Assembly: GCF_006345805.1 (NCBI RefSeq)
Contig: NC_043005.1
Span: forward strand, 3,410,001 to 3,474,000
Source: Octopus sinensis
Taxonomy: Eukaryota
DNA: 64,000 bases
Direction: 5' to 3'
Shown: positions 61,051 through 64,000 of the stretch, one piece after another
How the letters are laid out: each line of letters begins with the position of its first letter
Numbering within the stretch: the first letter of the stretch is position 1
The notes under the pieces: model-generated
What the model saw: only the letters and a program-made list of their open reading frames with translations
Told to the model about the DNA's origin: nothing
The model's database searches: none
Program-made: the position numbers and the translations under genes

Positions 61051-62719
61051 AAGGTAGAAGATATTGGTGTGAAGACGAATCTGCAGACAGTAGCATCTTC
61101 TTTGTCCCCTTAATACAAAGAAGAAGGACACCAGTGATACTCACCCATGGTTTCCTACGAGTCTGCAGTTATTGCAGGCATTTGTTTGGGTTGAGTGGGG
61201 GGAGGGGAGGGTGGCAGACTCATTTCTTGGAAGTTATAACTTTTAGCTTCTTTAGGGCTCTAATTATAATTAAACCTTGTTGGATTCTGTTATAGAATGA
61301 AGCTAATTAATTTGATAATGATGACATATGTCAAAGCCATTGTTTATAATTAGAAGAATGTGAAAAACAAGAAGAAGAACAACAACAACCAAATAGAGAC
61401 GTTTCTGTAGAATTGGCCAGCCTTGTACAATCAGCAGTTGTGACCTTTAGTCAAAAATAGAGAAGTTCTGCAGAAGTGGATATAAATCTAATATCAAAAG
61501 TAGATAAGTTATACGTTCTGTAAACTTGGGATCCCCATCGTATGACAGGTCCTAAACTTTTAATCTACATGGTAACAAAAATGAGTGACAGAATTCTTAT
61601 AGCTGGGATGTGTGTGAAGTTGGAACATCCACTGCAATGGATGCAAATAAGCACAATGGCAAAGTGTACGGAGGGAAGAAATGATATAAAATGCATCTTG
61701 CATTTCTTATACTTTTTCCTATAAGTGTGTGTGTGTAATCCAGCTGAATAGGAAAGTTCAGGTCGGAGATAATTAGAGAATCTTTTTGAGTGGTCTATTT
61801 GGGAACTGTAGCTATAAGATTGTATAACAGTACCCTGTCTTGTTGGCTATTTATTTGTTTTAGCATGACTGAAGACTTCATCTTCACAAATGAATTTACT
61901 TAATAAGTCTTAATCTCCCCAATCACATCAAATTTGTTCAAAAATGTATAAAGAAGATAACAAAATGATGGGTTAACACTTTGAGCTGGGGTTGGATTTT
62001 CTGTCGAAGACCTTGGAGTAGAGGAATAGATTAAAGACTGACATGGAACCTAGCATAAAAGGAAATATTGATAATGTCTAAAATATTAGTGAAGTAGAGA
62101 TGAAAGCCTTGAGTTGTTTGTATAAAATCTCAGATATTTCTATTGTTGGGTGATGGTCAATGCAATGAAAACTTGTGTATAACAACAGTTGGTATTTTAG
62201 TCATTGCTTTCTAGTTTGGGCAAGGAATTTTTCTCAAAAAACTTATTCCCATAATTCTTTCATATCTGTAAATGACATTAAATCATCATTAGTTCACATG
62301 GTTATATGGAATGGCAGGCAGAGAGTTAGGTTTTCTGATTTTCATGTTTGACATTTGAGGACTTTGGTCTCCAATTATTCAAAATTACTAACAATAACAC
62401 TAAAAAGATTGATACAAAGAGGGTAGGTATGACTAATCCAAAAGCGACCCTCCAGTCTATCTAACCCCTAAACAACAATTCTCTTTACATTTATTCTCCA
62501 CTCCATATATTTATATTTTTAATGCTTTTTATATTCTTCATATGACAATACTGTTCTCTCTCTCTTCATTACACTCTAACTTGCCCTCCTTTCTTTTTCA
62601 ACTGAAGTAGGTGTCTCTAGCAAGACACCTATCTCTGTACCTCTAGTCTCCTATCAATTGGCACAGCGCCACTACCCCCTCTACTACTTGCTCCTCCCAG
62701 CTGAGGGGGACCATGTCTT

Positions 62720-62952
62720 AAAAGTTATTTGGTAACCCAGTCAGTGCTGATGCCACACAAAAAGCACTGGGGCAGGGCCCACATAGAAAGCACCTGGCAC
62801 ACTGTGTAAAGTGGTTGGTGTTAGGAAGGGCATTCAGCTGTAGAAACCATACCAAAACAGACAAATGGAGCCTGGTGTGGTTCTTGGCCTTACCAGCTCC
62901 TGTCCAACCCATGCCAGCATGGAAAAACAGACGTTAAACAATGAAGATGATA
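62720..62952 (+). mobile_element. RTE-LINE 3' end (diverged)
   Basis: Family 3' sequence and tail. Confidence 0.75.
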
Positions 62953-63280
62953 TGTATGTATATATCCTACTCTCACTCATCCTATACTTTCTACTTTTTA
63001 ATATAAACTCATGTTAAAGTAAACCAAACAGCTTCATTACAAAACAAATGCTTGTGCACACACACACACACACACACACCTCTATCTTAATGTCCAATTC
63101 AATAACAGTGAATGTATTTAACATGAATGATTGTTGCAAGTAGTGAATCAAAAAACTACTTGAGATGAGTTTTTTTTTTTCTCCATGTCATCTCAAACGA
63201 CAATGATTTGTCCTCAGTTTTCTGCTCATCTATAATCATTGTGGCCTCTCTCTTAAAGACAATGATTATTGTTATTATTA

Positions 63281-64000
63281 AAGAGGCAAGCTGGCAGAAT
63301 CATTAGCATACTGGTTAAGATGCTTAGCAGCATTTTTTCCAGTTTTTTAGGTGTTAGGTTCAAATCCCACCAAAGGTTGGTTTTGCTTTTTGTCCTTTTG
63401 GGGTTGTCAATAAAATCAGCACCAGCTGAGTAACGGGGTCGATATAATTGGATCTGTCCCTTCTAAAATTACTAGCTTTGCACCAAAATTTCAAACCATT
63501 GTTATTATTATTATTATTATTATTAAGGTGGTGAGCTGGCAGAATTGTTAGTAGACTGGGTAAAGTGCTTAGTGGTATTTTGTCTGTCTTTACGTTCTGA
63601 GTTCAAATTCTGCCGAGGTCGACTTTGCCTTTCATCCTTTCGGGGTTGATAAATTAAGTACCAGTTGCATACTGGGGTTGATACTGGACCCCCCCCCCAA
63701 AAAAAAAATTTCAGGCCTTGTACCTAGAGTAGAAAAGATTACTGGGATAAATGCTTACCAGCATTTAGTCTGCATGTTCTGATTTCAAATTCCGCCAAGG
63801 TCAACTTTGCCTTTCATTCTTTCGAGGGGTCAATAAAACAAGTATCAGTTTTATCTGGGGTCAATGTAATTGACTATCACCCTCCAGAATTTCAGGCCTT
63901 ATGCCTATAATAGAAAGGATTATTAAGGAGACAACAAAAGCTGGCAGAATGGTTAGCACACCAGGCAAGATGTTCAGTGGCATTTTGTCCATCTTTATGT
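63281..64000 (+). mobile_element. Second head-to-tail SINE family 2 array (4 copies, runs off the window)
   Basis: Heads at ~63281, 63526, 63745 and 63925; (ATT)n linker between the first two copies. Confidence 0.85.

Overview
AT-rich, repeat-dense eukaryotic genomic DNA. The SINE/LINE/microsatellite landscape suggests a coleoid cephalopod such as Octopus (inference). The one host gene I can support is a + strand TGF-beta/activin type I receptor of the ALK4/5/7-Baboon class (TGFBR1-like). I reconstructed nine coding exons by hand with GT-AG boundaries and matching phases: 14688-14796, 24687-24838, 27732-27953, 31848-32078, 35733-35900, 39341-39424, 42936-43133, 44515-44654 and 45769-45894. 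They encode a 10-Cys ectodomain, TM helix, GS box and complete Ser/Thr kinase. No signal-peptide exon was found; a CpG-rich region near 9.0-9.8 kb holds a phase-compatible but non-hydrophobic candidate first exon. The rest is transposon-derived: two mariners plus MITEs, two hAT elements with 8-bp TSDs, about 25 RTE-LINE 3' ends including one 2-kb RT-bearing copy, at least four tRNA-derived SINE heads, Helitron/Helentron pieces, Penelope-like remnants with decayed hammerhead motifs, and long (TA)n tracts. The most notable oddities are: a near-perfect 280-bp palindrome 60 nt after a receptor exon and a second 108-bp-arm palindrome; all-sense head-to-tail SINE arrays after the stop codon; covarying double-hairpin modules in the RTE 3' UTR; head/tail-shuffled SINEs; an antisense TATA + 4xCCAAT cassette in an intron; and BMP-receptor-like residues in the kinase. 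No prokaryote-type system (CRISPR etc.) is present.
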